Shown here: in pieces, positions 50,101 through 61,380 of the stretch
How the letters are laid out: every line of letters starts with the position of its first letter
Position numbering within the stretch: position 1 is the stretch's first letter
NCBI GenBank assembly: GCA_051530055.1
Contig: CM121342.1
Location: 62,001 to 126,000, forward strand
Direction of reading: 5' to 3'
DNA: 64,000 bases
Origin: Neoechinorhynchus agilis
Lineage: Eukaryota; Animalia; Acanthocephala
The notes under the pieces: model-generated
Databases searched by the model: none
The model's input: the letters and a program-made list of their open reading frames with translations, nothing else
Told to the model about the DNA's origin: nothing
Translations under genes and position numbers: made by a program

Positions 50101-50874
50101 TGACGTAACTTCCTCTCGAACTTTGAGCTGTGATGATCTTGGCCACAGAAAGCGCATCTCGTTATTTTGTACGGGCACTTTTGCTCCCAATGACCCCAAC
50201 ATTGGCAAGCGTTGCATCTCGGAAAGTGAAAGTCGTCATGGTGTGATATCTCGTTTGCTACGAATTTGACTTCCATTAATTGAAAAAACATCGTTGGGTG
50301 CATAGAGCATCCCTCCGTTCGACCTCAGCCTTCACAATTGCTTTGGGAATGCACTTACCCGTCCTCGAATTCAGGAAAAATAGAATTTTAACTCCAAATT
50401 TCTCCTCAAAAGCTCTCTTATCCGAATCATCGCTATCCGGTGAGAGTCCTGAAACCATAAAGGTTGAGTCGTAGCTCGTGTCAGTGATTGAAATTCCTGC
50501 CAAATCGCAGTTCTTCTTTGTGAAGGTTAGGTAAGCCTTGACGAAATCCGCGGTCATGAATTTGAATTTTCAGAATACCTCGAAAATAACTAAGGGAAGA
50601 GATTCGATGAGTGTCGTCTCTAAGAGATTTGAGCCATGGCGCCAAATAACGTCTGTGTAGCTCTTCTCTGGGTAAAATCGGCGTAGATTGTATTTTAATC
50701 GTATTGGGCCATTTCCTAGACGGCGCCTCCACGAAGTTTTTGTTAGTTTGTTCGCCGAGAATTTGAGCCCGGATGTCCGGAGGCACTGGGATTCTCAGAT
50801 TGTTGGATGGTCGTAACCCATCCTCCGCCGCAACAACAACAGGTTGCGAAAACATTGACGAACCGCCGATTACT
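47160..50874 (-). mobile_element. Two-ORF APE-type LINE (I/Jockey/R1 group, RGRPPE family), frameshifted and 3'-truncated
   Basis: ORF1 with three knuckles (CNACQCWGH..KC, CAFC..DH, CSNC..GH..C); ORF2 QWNAGG, VQETK, RPIPI, FDISKAFD, GVPQGSPLSP, YTDD, RGRPPE. Confidence 0.9.
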
Positions 50875-51350
50875 TGTCACTTGGAGAGGTCACTATAATG
50901 AAGGCACATTATCGATCGTGCCGTCACGCGCCAAAATAATGTGTGTTAGAACGATTGAGTTAGTGTGGGTTTTAAAAATATAGTTCGATTGTGCAGGCAT
51001 AGTGGGCAGGACATGTGGCGACGAGCGGTTGAGAAAAATTGTCAAACAGCAGTAGCAACTTCTTGAACAGTTGCTCACACGGGATGGTACCGATTCCACA
51101 AAAAAGGCAAAGGAACAAGCTTCCTCCTTTCGGGTTTTTCACAGGAAAACAAGGAAAGCTGGACAGCAAACAAGCAGACACTGAACTACCATTTCGCAGC
51201 GCAGAACATCACCGATGAATCAAGCAAAAAAATTTCCTTTCTTGAGTTGGACCTCCAACATATAAACTAATAACGAGTCTGAGCGCTGGCAGAGATGTCG
51301 CCGAATACGAATTCCAAGAAATATTTCAAATGTTGGACAAACACTTCACA
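50875..51350 (+). mobile_element. Mag-like gypsy 5' fragment: LTR (50875-51013), PBS, leader, gag start
   Basis: TGTC...GACA LTR ends; TGGCGACGAG at 51016; gag-like sequence ending ..PTYKLITSL..FQMLDKHF. Confidence 0.8.
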
Positions 51351-51559
51351 ATTCATAAACTCGTCAAATGCTCCCAGTGTCAGGAAGTGGACTGCCGTTT
51401 AATCCGAGCTATAACCTCACTTTTTTGCCGTTTATCGAGCATTTCCCGGTTCTTAGAACTTTTTTTATTTTGGTCGCTCCTCATAACCACCGAGCAGTGA
51501 AGTAGATTTAAAATAAAACATAGTTTTGTAGTGACCATTAACGACGTCATAAGGTTCAT

Positions 51560-52325
51560 GTTAACGTTTTCCGTGCTATGTTGCAAAAACCATTTTTGTG
51601 CGGCGACAGTAGATTTTTCGCTCTACTGATGCCAGCTACCACAACAATTGGTGACCCCGACGCTGTCGACCGTGGTTCGACAGTAGAAGCGAATAGCAAC
51701 TTGAATACCGTTTCTCTGAAGCTTCCCCAGGTGAGAGGGCAAATCGAATCCTTCACATAAGCGAGCTTGGAGACGAAAAGCCTACGGCGTTAATGGATGA
51801 GATGCTAGCGTACCTCGAAAGCAACCCACTATGTTTCTTATTCCGCGAAATATTTCTTGAACGCATGCCTGAGGAGATCCGATCTATTCTAGTTCATTAA
51901 AAAATAACCGAACCTCGTGAGCTTGCACGCGCTGCCGACAACATTTGGCAATCAAGGCAGCCTTTAGCGTCCTCAATTAAGAAAAAGATTGCGACCAGGC
52001 AAATCCTAGTAACAGTATCGGATTTCAAGGAAATGAAGATCACCTTGTAAGCGATCGGCGGATTTCAAATTGAAAGCCAACCCAAAAAACGAATTGACCG
52101 ATCATTAGTAGAGGCAATGATGATCGGTCCCTCTGTCAATAGCATCTTTCTCCTAAACGAACGCCAAACTGGACGACGGTTCATAGTCGATACTGGTGCC
52201 GAAGTCAGCGTCCTTCCAAGCACAACACTCGATGAACAGACCAAACCCTTTGGCAGAGCACTTACAGCTGCAAACGGTTCAACAATCCCAACAATGATCG
52301 AAGCCTGTTTCCTTGGAAATTTGTA
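51560..52325 (+). mobile_element. Gypsy gag/protease fragment of another family
   Basis: TVSLKLP (gag start) and RFIVDTGAEVSVLP (aspartic protease). Confidence 0.75.
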
Positions 52326-52332
52326 AGGATGT

Positions 52333-52920
52333 CTATGTGTGAGAAAAAAAATGTTGAAAATGTGAGCCAAGCTTGATTCGTGGCTCAATTTGAGGTTGCG
52401 TAAGAGCCATGACAACTGTGAAAACCCATAATAATAAACTTACTGTTATGGACGAATTCGCAAGTGCAACCATAAATGTGACTTCTCCGAGGATCCACCT
52501 AAACCATACGAAGAGCCAGATGATATTACTATAAATATTTAGAATGAAGATGTCCGCGTCAATTAGAAATGTAATTTGTTCCCAACTTGCAAATGCGATT
52601 CCGATCGAAACCCAAAACATCATCTTGATAAATGCAGCTTGATTGTCCTGCCCAATGCAGCGACCAATGAAAAAGCAATGGTGCGATCTTTTTTGAATAT
52701 TAACCTTGCAGATTTTGCATTCATGTGATCTTGGGGACTTTAATTCAGCCGGTTTGATTTCTGCAGATGCGTCTATCCAATTCAAAAGGATTTGAACTGG
52801 AAGGATATTATAAAGTAGCAACACTATCGGTCGAGCCTTTCGTTGAATTAGAATGTAAAAGGTGAAGACAATTTGGTGAAGATAAAATACAGTTAAAAAA
52901 ATGCGTTCAAACGAAAACAT
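52333..52920 (-). CDS. DHHC-family palmitoyltransferase-like membrane protein (ZDHHC22/24-like), SHHC variant, intronless 195-aa ORF
   Basis: PRSHECKICKVNIQKRSHHCFFIGRCIGQDN matches the DHHC cysteine-rich domain; hydrophobic segments on both sides; HHCFF.G.CIG..N pattern as in ZDHHC22. Confidence 0.78.
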   Translation of the reverse strand: MFSFERIFLTVFYLHQIVFTFYILIQRKARPIVLLLYNILPVQILLNWIDASAEIKPAELKSPRSHECKICKVNIQKRSHHCFFIGRCIGQDNQAAFIKMMFWVSIGIAFASWEQITFLIDADIFILNIYSNIIWLFVWFRWILGEVTFMVALANSSITVSLLLWVFTVVMALTQPQIEPRIKLGSHFQHFFSHT

Positions 52921-53149
52921 CGGTGAAAATGAAATGAGGATTGGTGACTTCTTTCAAATGATGAAAGTTTTGTTTTTAAATATCGTGAGCAATTGGTGCG
53001 TCACACTTTCACTTTCGCTTCGAGGACGGTTACAAATATTTAAACACAGGCTAACACGAGATCCATAGTGAATTTAGAAGTCACAAATCGTGTAAGATTT
53101 AAGATTAAGAAAACAAAATAGTAACAAATACTTTCACTCGCTTTTCTAA

Positions 53150-53306
53150 TAAAAGTTAACGGTGCATTGATGCAACTGCGGTTCGAAACGGCAAAGGTAG
53201 TTTAGGTAGACAGCATGAAAGATCATCGAATTTATAAACTCCGCAGCAGTACCTCCACCATTGTAGCGAGACATCTACATCGCAATCATTTATAAATTGT
53301 TCTTGA
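53150..53306 (-). mobile_element. R2-like RLE extreme C-terminal remnant
   Basis: ..LPKLPL..FRTAVAS resembles the RLE tail of other copies (ALNMARTA). Confidence 0.4.
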
Positions 53307-53957
53307 ATTATTATTATTATTTCACGCCTCATACAACATACACACAATCAATCTCTTAATTCCTCTTTCTTGCTTGATCTAATATGTCTCGGGCCCAAGA
53401 TGGCTGTGAGTTGTGGGACGATCTCTTAAATCCCCTCACAGCAGCCTCGAAAACCCTTCTTTTAATTCTTAAGTAATAATAATAATCCTTTTATTGTCCT
53501 GATCCTGTAAAAAAGAGAATAACATGAGAAAATCACTTACCTCATTCCTGTTAAGTATATTAGTTTGATTAATGGGTAAAAAACTAGATGGTTTATTGAA
53601 AAAGATTCTAAGAATTGAGGAGTTGTAATTAAAATATTTACAGCTAGAATAACAATAAGAATAAAACCAAATTTTAGACAAAAAATTCTTGTTAAAAAGG
53701 AAAAAAGGGGTTCCGTATCAATATTATTTTTAATAAGAATACTGCTAAGCTTATTCAGCATAGTAAGATAAAATGATAGTCTGTTTTCTGGGGGCCGGCC
53801 TCGTGCGAAAAAGCATATTGAACCCCCTAGAAATATTTTTAACACTTTAGAAATAAAAGGTGGGGAAATTGATAACCTTTTGGCTCTTTTGATAAAAATA
53901 TCTGTTTTTGTCAGACGCTATTGCTTGTAAGTTTTTAAATAACGAGTATCGACTTTT

Positions 53958-55463
53958 CTTTACATTCACCACCTCCCACCAAATTCCAGCTTTTGTCCTT
54001 CCTCGACCGTCGCCATCACGCTGGCAGCATTGCCCCGTTGTACTGCCAGCGAGATATTTTGTCGAAGAAATAAGCCTGCTCTTGAGTCTCCGGTTGCCTC
54101 TCTCAATTTCTTCGAGAGATCCTTGAGCAGAGAGAGTGCCGAGCTGCCGAGCGCTCCATACGTCTCTACCCCAAAGGGGACAAAATAGTGAGCCCTCGAT
54201 AGCTGCATATATTTTCGTACCTTCCTCCCTTCCGCTGCACTGGCGGCACCACCGGCGATTTCGAGGGAGTAGGGGATGTTGCTGGCTGCGAGGGCGTCCA
54301 CACACGTGGCGTCCCAGAGAAGGCATTTGTCCTCCCGCCACGGGAAGACCGAAATTCCATCGGGCCTACGGCCGTCTAGTCTGCAGAGGTGGGCGGGTTC
54401 CAGGATGTTCGGGAAGTTCGCCGTTCTCAACGCCCGAGAAATTACGTTATTGATTTCAGAATGGCGTGAAAACCTTCCTGCTGACCTTCTGCAGACGAGA
54501 CCGTGTCGCCCGAAAGCATCAACCAAAGACCCACATCGACAGCGATGGGGCGTGCATATCGGGAGACCGAGTCTTAAGGATACTGCGATCCTCGTCACCT
54601 CGTCCGTAAGAAGAGTTCCCACAGATGCCAGAGGAACAGCCTCCAACCACGCCCCAGATTCTCGTGTTGAAACTGCCAACAGTCTAGCTCGGACGACCCC
54701 ATCGCGAGAACCTGAAAGAAGAGAGCTGTGAGCTCTCGCGACAAGAGGTCCGTCCCAGATCGACTGTCTAAGGCCATTCACGGGAACTTGGTTAGCGCCT
54801 GTCTGCTGGCACCATTCCTCAACCGCCACCACGAAATCCCGGTCAAGACAAAACTTTTCTTTCAAAATGTTCTTCGAGACTGGTAGGCTCCCCTCAAACG
54901 ATCCAAGAAAGGCCGGCAAAGCAAGGTCGACTAGTGCCCGAATTCCCAATCCCCCAGATGACACAGGCAAAGAAGCTTGTCGCCACGCCTCATCTGAGAG
55001 CTGGACATTTAAAATACGCTCGAGGCAAGCCCTCACCTTATTGTCCAGCTTTGCCAATCCTTCTTTGTGTTTGAAAAATGTTGCTGTGCGAACCTTGTAC
55101 AATAATTTGGGGATGAAGAGCGCGTTCTTTATGAGAAACAAGGCTTCATGAGCCGAGAGAGCGCACACCCTATCGCACAGCAACGAAAGTTTCGGTATGA
55201 TATGGCCGATCTCATCTTCCACATTTGAATCGAAGACACAACTGCCCAAGAGGCTGAGTTGTTCCCGAGTCACGAGTTTCAGACCTGGAGCTACGGCCTC
55301 GAACCCAGCCATTAGTTCTTTGACTTTAGCGGCGTCTCCAATATTCAGTACAAGGAGCTCACATTTTCCAGCATTAAGCTCAATGCCCATCTTCGAGGTC
55401 TCCCTAATCAGCGTCTCCAAATCGCGCAGTACAACGGAGGGATCACCTCCGAGCGTAGCGTCA
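53958..55463 (-). mobile_element. CRE-clade RLE non-LTR element, 5'-truncated, uninterrupted ~500-aa ORF
   Basis: LDATLGG, QASLPV..GGLG, GAWL.A.P, RLG, CRCG..D.FG.H.L.C, RH..IN, EP..L..DGRRPDG, WDATC, K.RKY, PFGVET.G, LRQNISLAVQRGNAASV. Confidence 0.88.
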
Positions 55464-57620
55464 AGGGAAATCAACACCTAAAATCTTGGAATGCGATCTA
55501 AAATTGATATTAGGGAAATTGAAATTAGAAGATAATTCATTAATTAGAAGCTTCCTCGAAGCCAAAGTTTTAGTCAGTGGAATAAAGAAAGTTTTGTTAT
55601 TGTTTGTAACTAAATTGGCTTTCCTAAGTTCCGACGACAAAGATTGCATAAAATTGGCTATATTATTCGTTAGAATAGAAGATGTTCTAGCTTTACAAAA
55701 TAAGAATATATCATCCGCATAAACTAAAGGAAATATGGAAGATGATTTCTTTAAATTTTTGAAAATATATATAAGGGCAATTGAAAATAAGGTGGGCGAG
55801 AGTGGAGATCCTTGAGGAACACCATATCTAGAGAAAAATTTAGTGTGAGAAGGGTCCACCTCATAGTAAAAGGACTTGGATTCCATAAGATAGTTGGTTT
55901 TGTAGATAAGATTAAGAGGAACTTTAAGATTAACTAAAGCCTCATAAAGAAAGCCACGATCCAAGGCATCAAAAGCCTTATTAATATCCAGCTGAATGAG
56001 AAGTTTTTGTACATTAATATCTTCATTCATAGAATTAAGAGAGGATAAAAGCGATGTGACACCTTTACCTCTAATGAAGCCATGGAAAAAGTCGGGGATT
56101 AGCTTTCTACATACTAAAAAGTCATACAGTTTCCCGTTCACCGCTCTTTCTAAGCAAGAGACGATTGGGTTCTGTATGGAAATTACTCTGATGTGGGATG
56201 CGTTAAATATACGTCCTTTCGTTTTGGGAATAAAAATTTTCTTAACAATATTTATGTTAAGTAGATCATTAAAATCAATTTTCGATAAACGAAATCTACT
56301 AAAAAAGGTAGATTTTACCTTATCAGAAATAGAACTAAAAATTATGGGTGAAGTGCCATTTATATTATACGCTTTAGAGGGGTTAGATTTACAGGCCTTC
56401 AGAAAAACTTCAACTTCAAAATTCCACGAAAAGGACTTTTTATTAAAGATGGGAAGTGGAGGAGAAGAACATGCACTAAGAGTATGTGCCATCAAAATAG
56501 ACTCAATTACTGCAGGATAAGATATAGACCCTATCCAGTTAGATGCTTTTGCCTTCCAACAGACCGGTCTTCTTTTCAAAATACAGGACCAAAAGTCCTT
56601 ACCAAAGGACTTAAGAGAGATCAGCTTCTTTTTGTCCAACGAAACTTGATGATAAAACTTAGCTGTGTAAAATTTTTTCATAAATAAGTTTTTAAGGGGA
56701 GCGTTACCATACAAGTCAGCTATAACAGCATTTTTATAAAATATGTTGGCTTCATGACAAACAGGAGGTCGCTTGATCACAGACTTAGTAATTAAATTTT
56801 TATGTACAGAGAATAAAATGGCATTGTTAAAGTCAGATAAGGAGGATGAAGTGGAAGAGTTCATAAAAGAAAGGAGATCATTATTAAATTTTGAAAAGCT
56901 TTTAGGATTAAAAACGAAAGTGTCCTTAAGAGCGATGCCATTAGATTTAAAAAGGATAAGGTCATGTCCTAACAATCTCTGTGACTGAAGTTGGGAAGCA
57001 GGATAAAATAAAATAGGAATTGACTTTTTAATAATTGCACCATCCAAGAAGGTATGTCTATTAGATTTAACATTATGAAAAGAAGGAAATTTGGGGAGCA
57101 AAAAATTGTGAAACTTAAAAAAGGGCCTAAAAGCATTTAAAAAATTACTATTGAAGTCGCCTACGATAAAGTCAGGATTCCAGTAACGGAGGATATGCAA
57201 AAAAGATTTAGTAAATATACCCACGTGTCTGGGTTGAATATACAAGTTGCAAAGGATAAGAGTAGGAGAGAAAAGGGATGAGGTTCCATATAAGGGATTA
57301 TTAAAAGAAATAATTTGCATTGCAAAAGAAATATTTTTAGTTTGAAATAAAATTTTAGAAGAGTGAGATTTAAGAATAAATGTTTGAAGTCCTCCAGAAA
57401 ATCCAATGTGCTGATTGGTTGATGTGGAGCGAGGGAGAAGAACATGAGAATCATAATTATCGAAGAGAAGCATTTTAGAAAAGCCGGTTTCTTGAAAACA
57501 CAGCATGTTAACATAGTTATCAACTACACAAGGAGTAAGAAAATTAGGAAGACTAGAAGCCCTAGAGGCATTATATGTGATGAAAGAGAAAGGGCATTCC
57601 TTATAATTGGAACAAGTCAT
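55461..57620 (-). CDS. LINE ORF2 (APE + RT), cut after 719 codons by the CRE insertion
   Basis: ITYNA, FQETG, NLYIQP, VGDFNS, LDGA, GHDL; RVISI, LDINKAFD, GVPQGSPLSP, VYADDIF. Confidence 0.9.
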   Translation of the reverse strand: MTCSNYKECPFSFITYNASRASSLPNFLTPCVVDNYVNMLCFQETGFSKMLLFDNYDSHVLLPRSTSTNQHIGFSGGLQTFILKSHSSKILFQTKNISFAMQIISFNNPLYGTSSLFSPTLILCNLYIQPRHVGIFTKSFLHILRYWNPDFIVGDFNSNFLNAFRPFFKFHNFLLPKFPSFHNVKSNRHTFLDGAIIKKSIPILFYPASQLQSQRLLGHDLILFKSNGIALKDTFVFNPKSFSKFNNDLLSFMNSSTSSSLSDFNNAILFSVHKNLITKSVIKRPPVCHEANIFYKNAVIADLYGNAPLKNLFMKKFYTAKFYHQVSLDKKKLISLKSFGKDFWSCILKRRPVCWKAKASNWIGSISYPAVIESILMAHTLSACSSPPLPIFNKKSFSWNFEVEVFLKACKSNPSKAYNINGTSPIIFSSISDKVKSTFFSRFRLSKIDFNDLLNINIVKKIFIPKTKGRIFNASHIRVISIQNPIVSCLERAVNGKLYDFLVCRKLIPDFFHGFIRGKGVTSLLSSLNSMNEDINVQKLLIQLDINKAFDALDRGFLYEALVNLKVPLNLIYKTNYLMESKSFYYEVDPSHTKFFSRYGVPQGSPLSPTLFSIALIYIFKNLKKSSSIFPLVYADDIFLFCKARTSSILTNNIANFMQSLSSELRKANLVTNNNKTFFIPLTKTLASRKLLINELSSNFNFPNINFRSHSKILGVDFP

Positions 57621-58777
57621 TAAATGAATTTAGGACGTTTGGAATCTATAGATTCCAAGTTACGCAAAGATGGGGAAATATCTCTTTTATAATTTTCACA
57701 ATCGATCCAGTTATTAAAGTTAAATAATCTAGAAAAATTGTCGGAGGTAGAGTCTGGTGTAGAAATATTTTCCAGTTTGTGAAGGATCAAAGTAAGGATG
57801 TACTTAAGTAATGAAATTTCTTTATCGGGATAAAGTTGAGAAGTATTAATGGAAGATTTTAAACTATCAAGAAAGGATTTTTCCGGAGGTTTGGGGGGAA
57901 GTTTAGGCTTGTGACCATCAGGGGAAGGTTGAGTCTTCGACTCCTTAGAGGAAAAACCGTCCGAAGAGAAAGGATTATGTTGTGGATAGAATTCTCTATA
58001 ACTAGAATTATGGAATACTCGCTGTTTCGATGGTATGGAATCGTCAAAATATTTTTGCGCGAATTTGCAAGAACGTGCAAAGGCCGGATGATTCTTGCCA
58101 CAGTTTGCACAGGTAGCAGCATCAGAATTGGAGCAAGATGATTTGTGATGAGGACCTACACAAAAGATGCATCTGGAGGGGAAGACACAGTCAGATTCGT
58201 GGTGCCCCCATCTCGAACACCTCTGACATATCGTCAAATTATAATCATAGATAGAGTCCCTGTATCGGTCAAAAGTGACCCAGTATGAGAAAAAACCCCT
58301 GCCGGAGTTAGCTAGACTCTCGGCGACATTGATAGTAGCTGAACATAGGATGGCGTAGGCTGAACTAGCGTTGGGTCTAAACAGATATTTGACCAGTTTT
58401 ATACCTAACTCATCCTCAATTTTGCGAAAATCAGTAGTATCCAAGTCTTGAGGAGGATGGTCAACAGATTGGATGCTTAACTCCCCTAGCATCTTAGAAA
58501 AGAGGTCTTTACCGGCCGCATCGAAAAAAATAAAAAGGATGTGGAATTTGGTCACAGAGAACCTCTTTATCAAAAAATTCATATGTTTCTCACGACCATT
58601 CGGCAGTAAATACTTCTCGAAGAAATAACGCGAGAAATAGGAGGGGGAGTTAGTGCCCATGGCTTCTTTGGGAATTTTGATAACGAAATCCTCTTTCCTA
58701 ACAGGACGCTTAAACCTTGATGCATCGATAGAATGTTCCATCTGATCCCCTATGGAAACTTGTGCACAATCATTCAA
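57620..58777 (-). CDS. LINE ORF1, gag-like with three CCHC knuckles
   Basis: CQRCSRWGHHESDC, CIFCVGPHHKSSC, CANCGKNH..FARSC; its stop overlaps the ORF2 start (TAATG). Confidence 0.9.
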   Translation of the reverse strand: MNDCAQVSIGDQMEHSIDASRFKRPVRKEDFVIKIPKEAMGTNSPSYFSRYFFEKYLLPNGREKHMNFLIKRFSVTKFHILFIFFDAAGKDLFSKMLGELSIQSVDHPPQDLDTTDFRKIEDELGIKLVKYLFRPNASSAYAILCSATINVAESLANSGRGFFSYWVTFDRYRDSIYDYNLTICQRCSRWGHHESDCVFPSRCIFCVGPHHKSSCSNSDAATCANCGKNHPAFARSCKFAQKYFDDSIPSKQRVFHNSSYREFYPQHNPFSSDGFSSKESKTQPSPDGHKPKLPPKPPEKSFLDSLKSSINTSQLYPDKEISLLKYILTLILHKLENISTPDSTSDNFSRLFNFNNWIDCENYKRDISPSLRNLESIDSKRPKFI

Positions 58778-58923
58778 AACTTCACAATCACTCGGAGGGG
58801 GAGGGGGATAGTAGGAACAAACCTTAATCTAGACATGTCGGAAATAGGGTTTACCTGATTGCTGATATTCGAAGCGCAATTTTGCATCACGAAACAGCGC
58901 TTTTGTACGTTTTTTCTTTGTTA

Positions 58924-59700
58924 TAAAAATATAGTTCGATTGTACAGGCATGATGGGTAGGACATCCGGCGACGAGTGGTTGAGAAAAATTGTAAAACAG
59001 CAGTAGCAACTTCTTGAACAGTTGCTCACACGGGATGGTACCGATTCCACAAAAAAGGCAAAGGAACAAGCTTCCTCCTTTCGGGTTTTTCACAGGAAAA
59101 CAAGGAAAGCTGGACAGCAAACAAGCAGACACTGAACTACCATTTCGCAGCGCAGAACATCACCGATGAATCAAGGAAAATTTTTTTTCCTTTGTTGGGT
59201 TGGGCCTCCAACATATAAACTAATAACGAGTCTGAGCGCTGGCAGAGATGCCGCCGAATACGAATTCCAAGAAATATTACAAATGTTTGACAAACACTTC
59301 ACAAAACCGATACATTTTGTAACAGCCCGTTTCGGGTTTAGCCAATGCGAAATGCAAGTCAATCGTATGCGTCTTGGGTTGCTAAATTAAAGGAGAAGGC
59401 GAGTTCGTGTTTAGATAGAGATTTTTTCCATATACTGCCGAATGGACACACGGTCCACCAATTTCGGTCTGGGAAGCGCTGGTCTGCGCTCAATGCCCCA
59501 AGACCGTACTTATAAGTTTGAACATCCCTCCGGAATCTTAGACACCTCCAGGAGCCGGGACTCATCAGTGAGTTTCATCCCTTCAGCAGTATTTCGTTCC
59601 CTTTGATGTCCGTCATCGGTGGAAACGAATTTGAACCCGTTGACCCTACACTGGGATCTGGAGCATTAGTCCACTTGACCTCCTCAGCACACTACGGAAT
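58924..59700 (+). mobile_element. Mag-like gypsy 5' fragment (LTR end, PBS-like site, gag), same family as 50875-51350
   Basis: About 400 bp closely similar to 50955-51350; gag FLCWVGPPTYKLITSL..FDKHFTKP..TARFGF. Confidence 0.8.
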
Positions 59701-59808
59701 GTACAAACTTCGCCACTTTAGCCTGTATAATCTTTCCGGTTTTTTAGAATTTTTATATGTGGCTCAACCGGTAGTCTTTTGATTGATTTTTTCCATACAC
59801 GGCCGGTT

Positions 59809-61380
59809 ATGCCTGAACTAGGTTTTATTGAGCCAACGAAACGAAATAACAAAACGAACATGCACACACCTGAAACTGCCACTATCGATCGGTCGATAGT
59901 AACGCTCAATATCACAATCGCCCCCCCTTCAATATTGATTCTTCCGAACGCGGCAGGACCTCCTGACTTCTTGTCCATTCTCCATGACATACTCCGTCCC
60001 CATTTTTTCAATTTCAGCGGTATCATTTTCTTTTGCGTCTCCTTAGAATTGAGGGTATTCTTTGCTAATTTCGTTCTTCGATAAATCGCCTCCAGTGGGA
60101 GCCAATCTTTGTGTGGAAACCAATTGGCGATGACCATCGGAGAATTCAATCAGTGCATCCTTTTCATTGGCGCTGATCTGTCCCACTTCGTTCACTTGAT
60201 CGTTAAATTTCGATTTGGGGTCCGTGTTTCGAAGGTAGGCTTTCTCATCGGACGAGGTCCAGCACGGTATGAGTGAGAATATCTCGCATCGTCGCGGGAA
60301 GTCGAACATTCGCGCATGAGAGGTCTGACCAGTTCTCATACAAAGTAGCATGCGTATTATTGTGAGTGCCTCATGCAGTACACCGGACCATTTGCTTATG
60401 GACAGGTTCCTATCATTTTGTATTAGCTCAATTGTTTTCCAAATAGTTCCGTTGAGCCTTTCAAATTGCCCATTTCTCTGAGGATGATATGAAGTAGTAT
60501 GGCTCAGACAAATGCGTATCGAGTTGAGCCAATCGCGTAGGCACGTAAAAGAGGAACCTCGATCAGAATGAACATAATCGGGATATCCGAAGATCGCGAA
60601 TAATTGAGAGAGACATATCCTAACTGTGATATCGATTAGTTTCGACTACATCATAAATGTAATTATATTATCGATTACTAACCGTTATCGTTCGTTGTAC
60701 CATGAAACGTTTTCGCGGTTCCGTTAGCTAAATAAAACCACGTTTTCGGTTCTACAACACTAACAGCATTGGCCGAGCAATCATGACATGCGAACGCGAA
60801 CGGGAACCTGGAATATTCAACGCTCTAGCTACTTTTTGGACACTATTTCGTGACTTACCGTGTCAAATGCAGACGTTATGTCTAGTACCGCTACATGAAG
60901 CGGTTTCCTTTCGTGCCGCTTTTGCTTTAAAAGACTCCTTAATATAGGGATGTTTGACAAGCATGGCGTACTATCGAACGCGGTTTGATGTCCAGATACT
61001 GGACATTATGATCGTAATCTTGCAAGTATTATCCGATGGAAGATTCGTAGCAAAATCGACGATATAGTGATCGGTCGCATAGATTTTTGGATCTGTATGA
61101 CGGTGAGTTCGATTTGCTCTTTGGGAGGAGAATTGTTTTTTTTCCAGCCATGTTTTTGGAGGATGTCCTAGACGAAATATTGAGTTAAAAAGAAATGTAA
61201 CGAGGAAGCGGTCTTTCGAAGTCCATTGATAGACGTTCAAAAGGTATCGTGGCCTTGACGAGGTGTAGACCTTGTGGCTTGAAAAACCTCGGCTTAATAC
61301 GACAGCAAACAGGGCAAGCGGCGATAACTTCACGGATTTCCTGTAAAGAGAAGGCAATATTATTCTGCCTCGTATAATGC
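59809..61380 (-). mobile_element. 3' part of a second copy of the 22701-26259 gypsy family (integrase, PPT, clipped 3' LTR 59809-59917), interrupted twice
   Basis: DNA similarity to 22710-23660; keeps the integrase core SDRGS..YHPQRNGQFER that is missing from the first copy; PPT GAAGGGGGGGCGAT. Confidence 0.88.
60625..60759 (+). mobile_element. Solo LTR, 135 bp
   Basis: TGTGATAT...TACAACA, internal AATAAA, 5-bp TSD CTAAC (60620-60624, 60760-60764). Confidence 0.85.

Larger units (their letters stand above)
53307..58800 (-). mobile_element. Near full-length two-ORF APE-type LINE (RGRPPE family), interrupted by a CRE element
   Basis: ORF1 and ORF2 listed separately; ORF2 resumes at ~53957 (..FIKRAK..LKIFLGGSICFFARGRPPE); (TAA)n tail at ~53307-53322. 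Confidence 0.92.
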
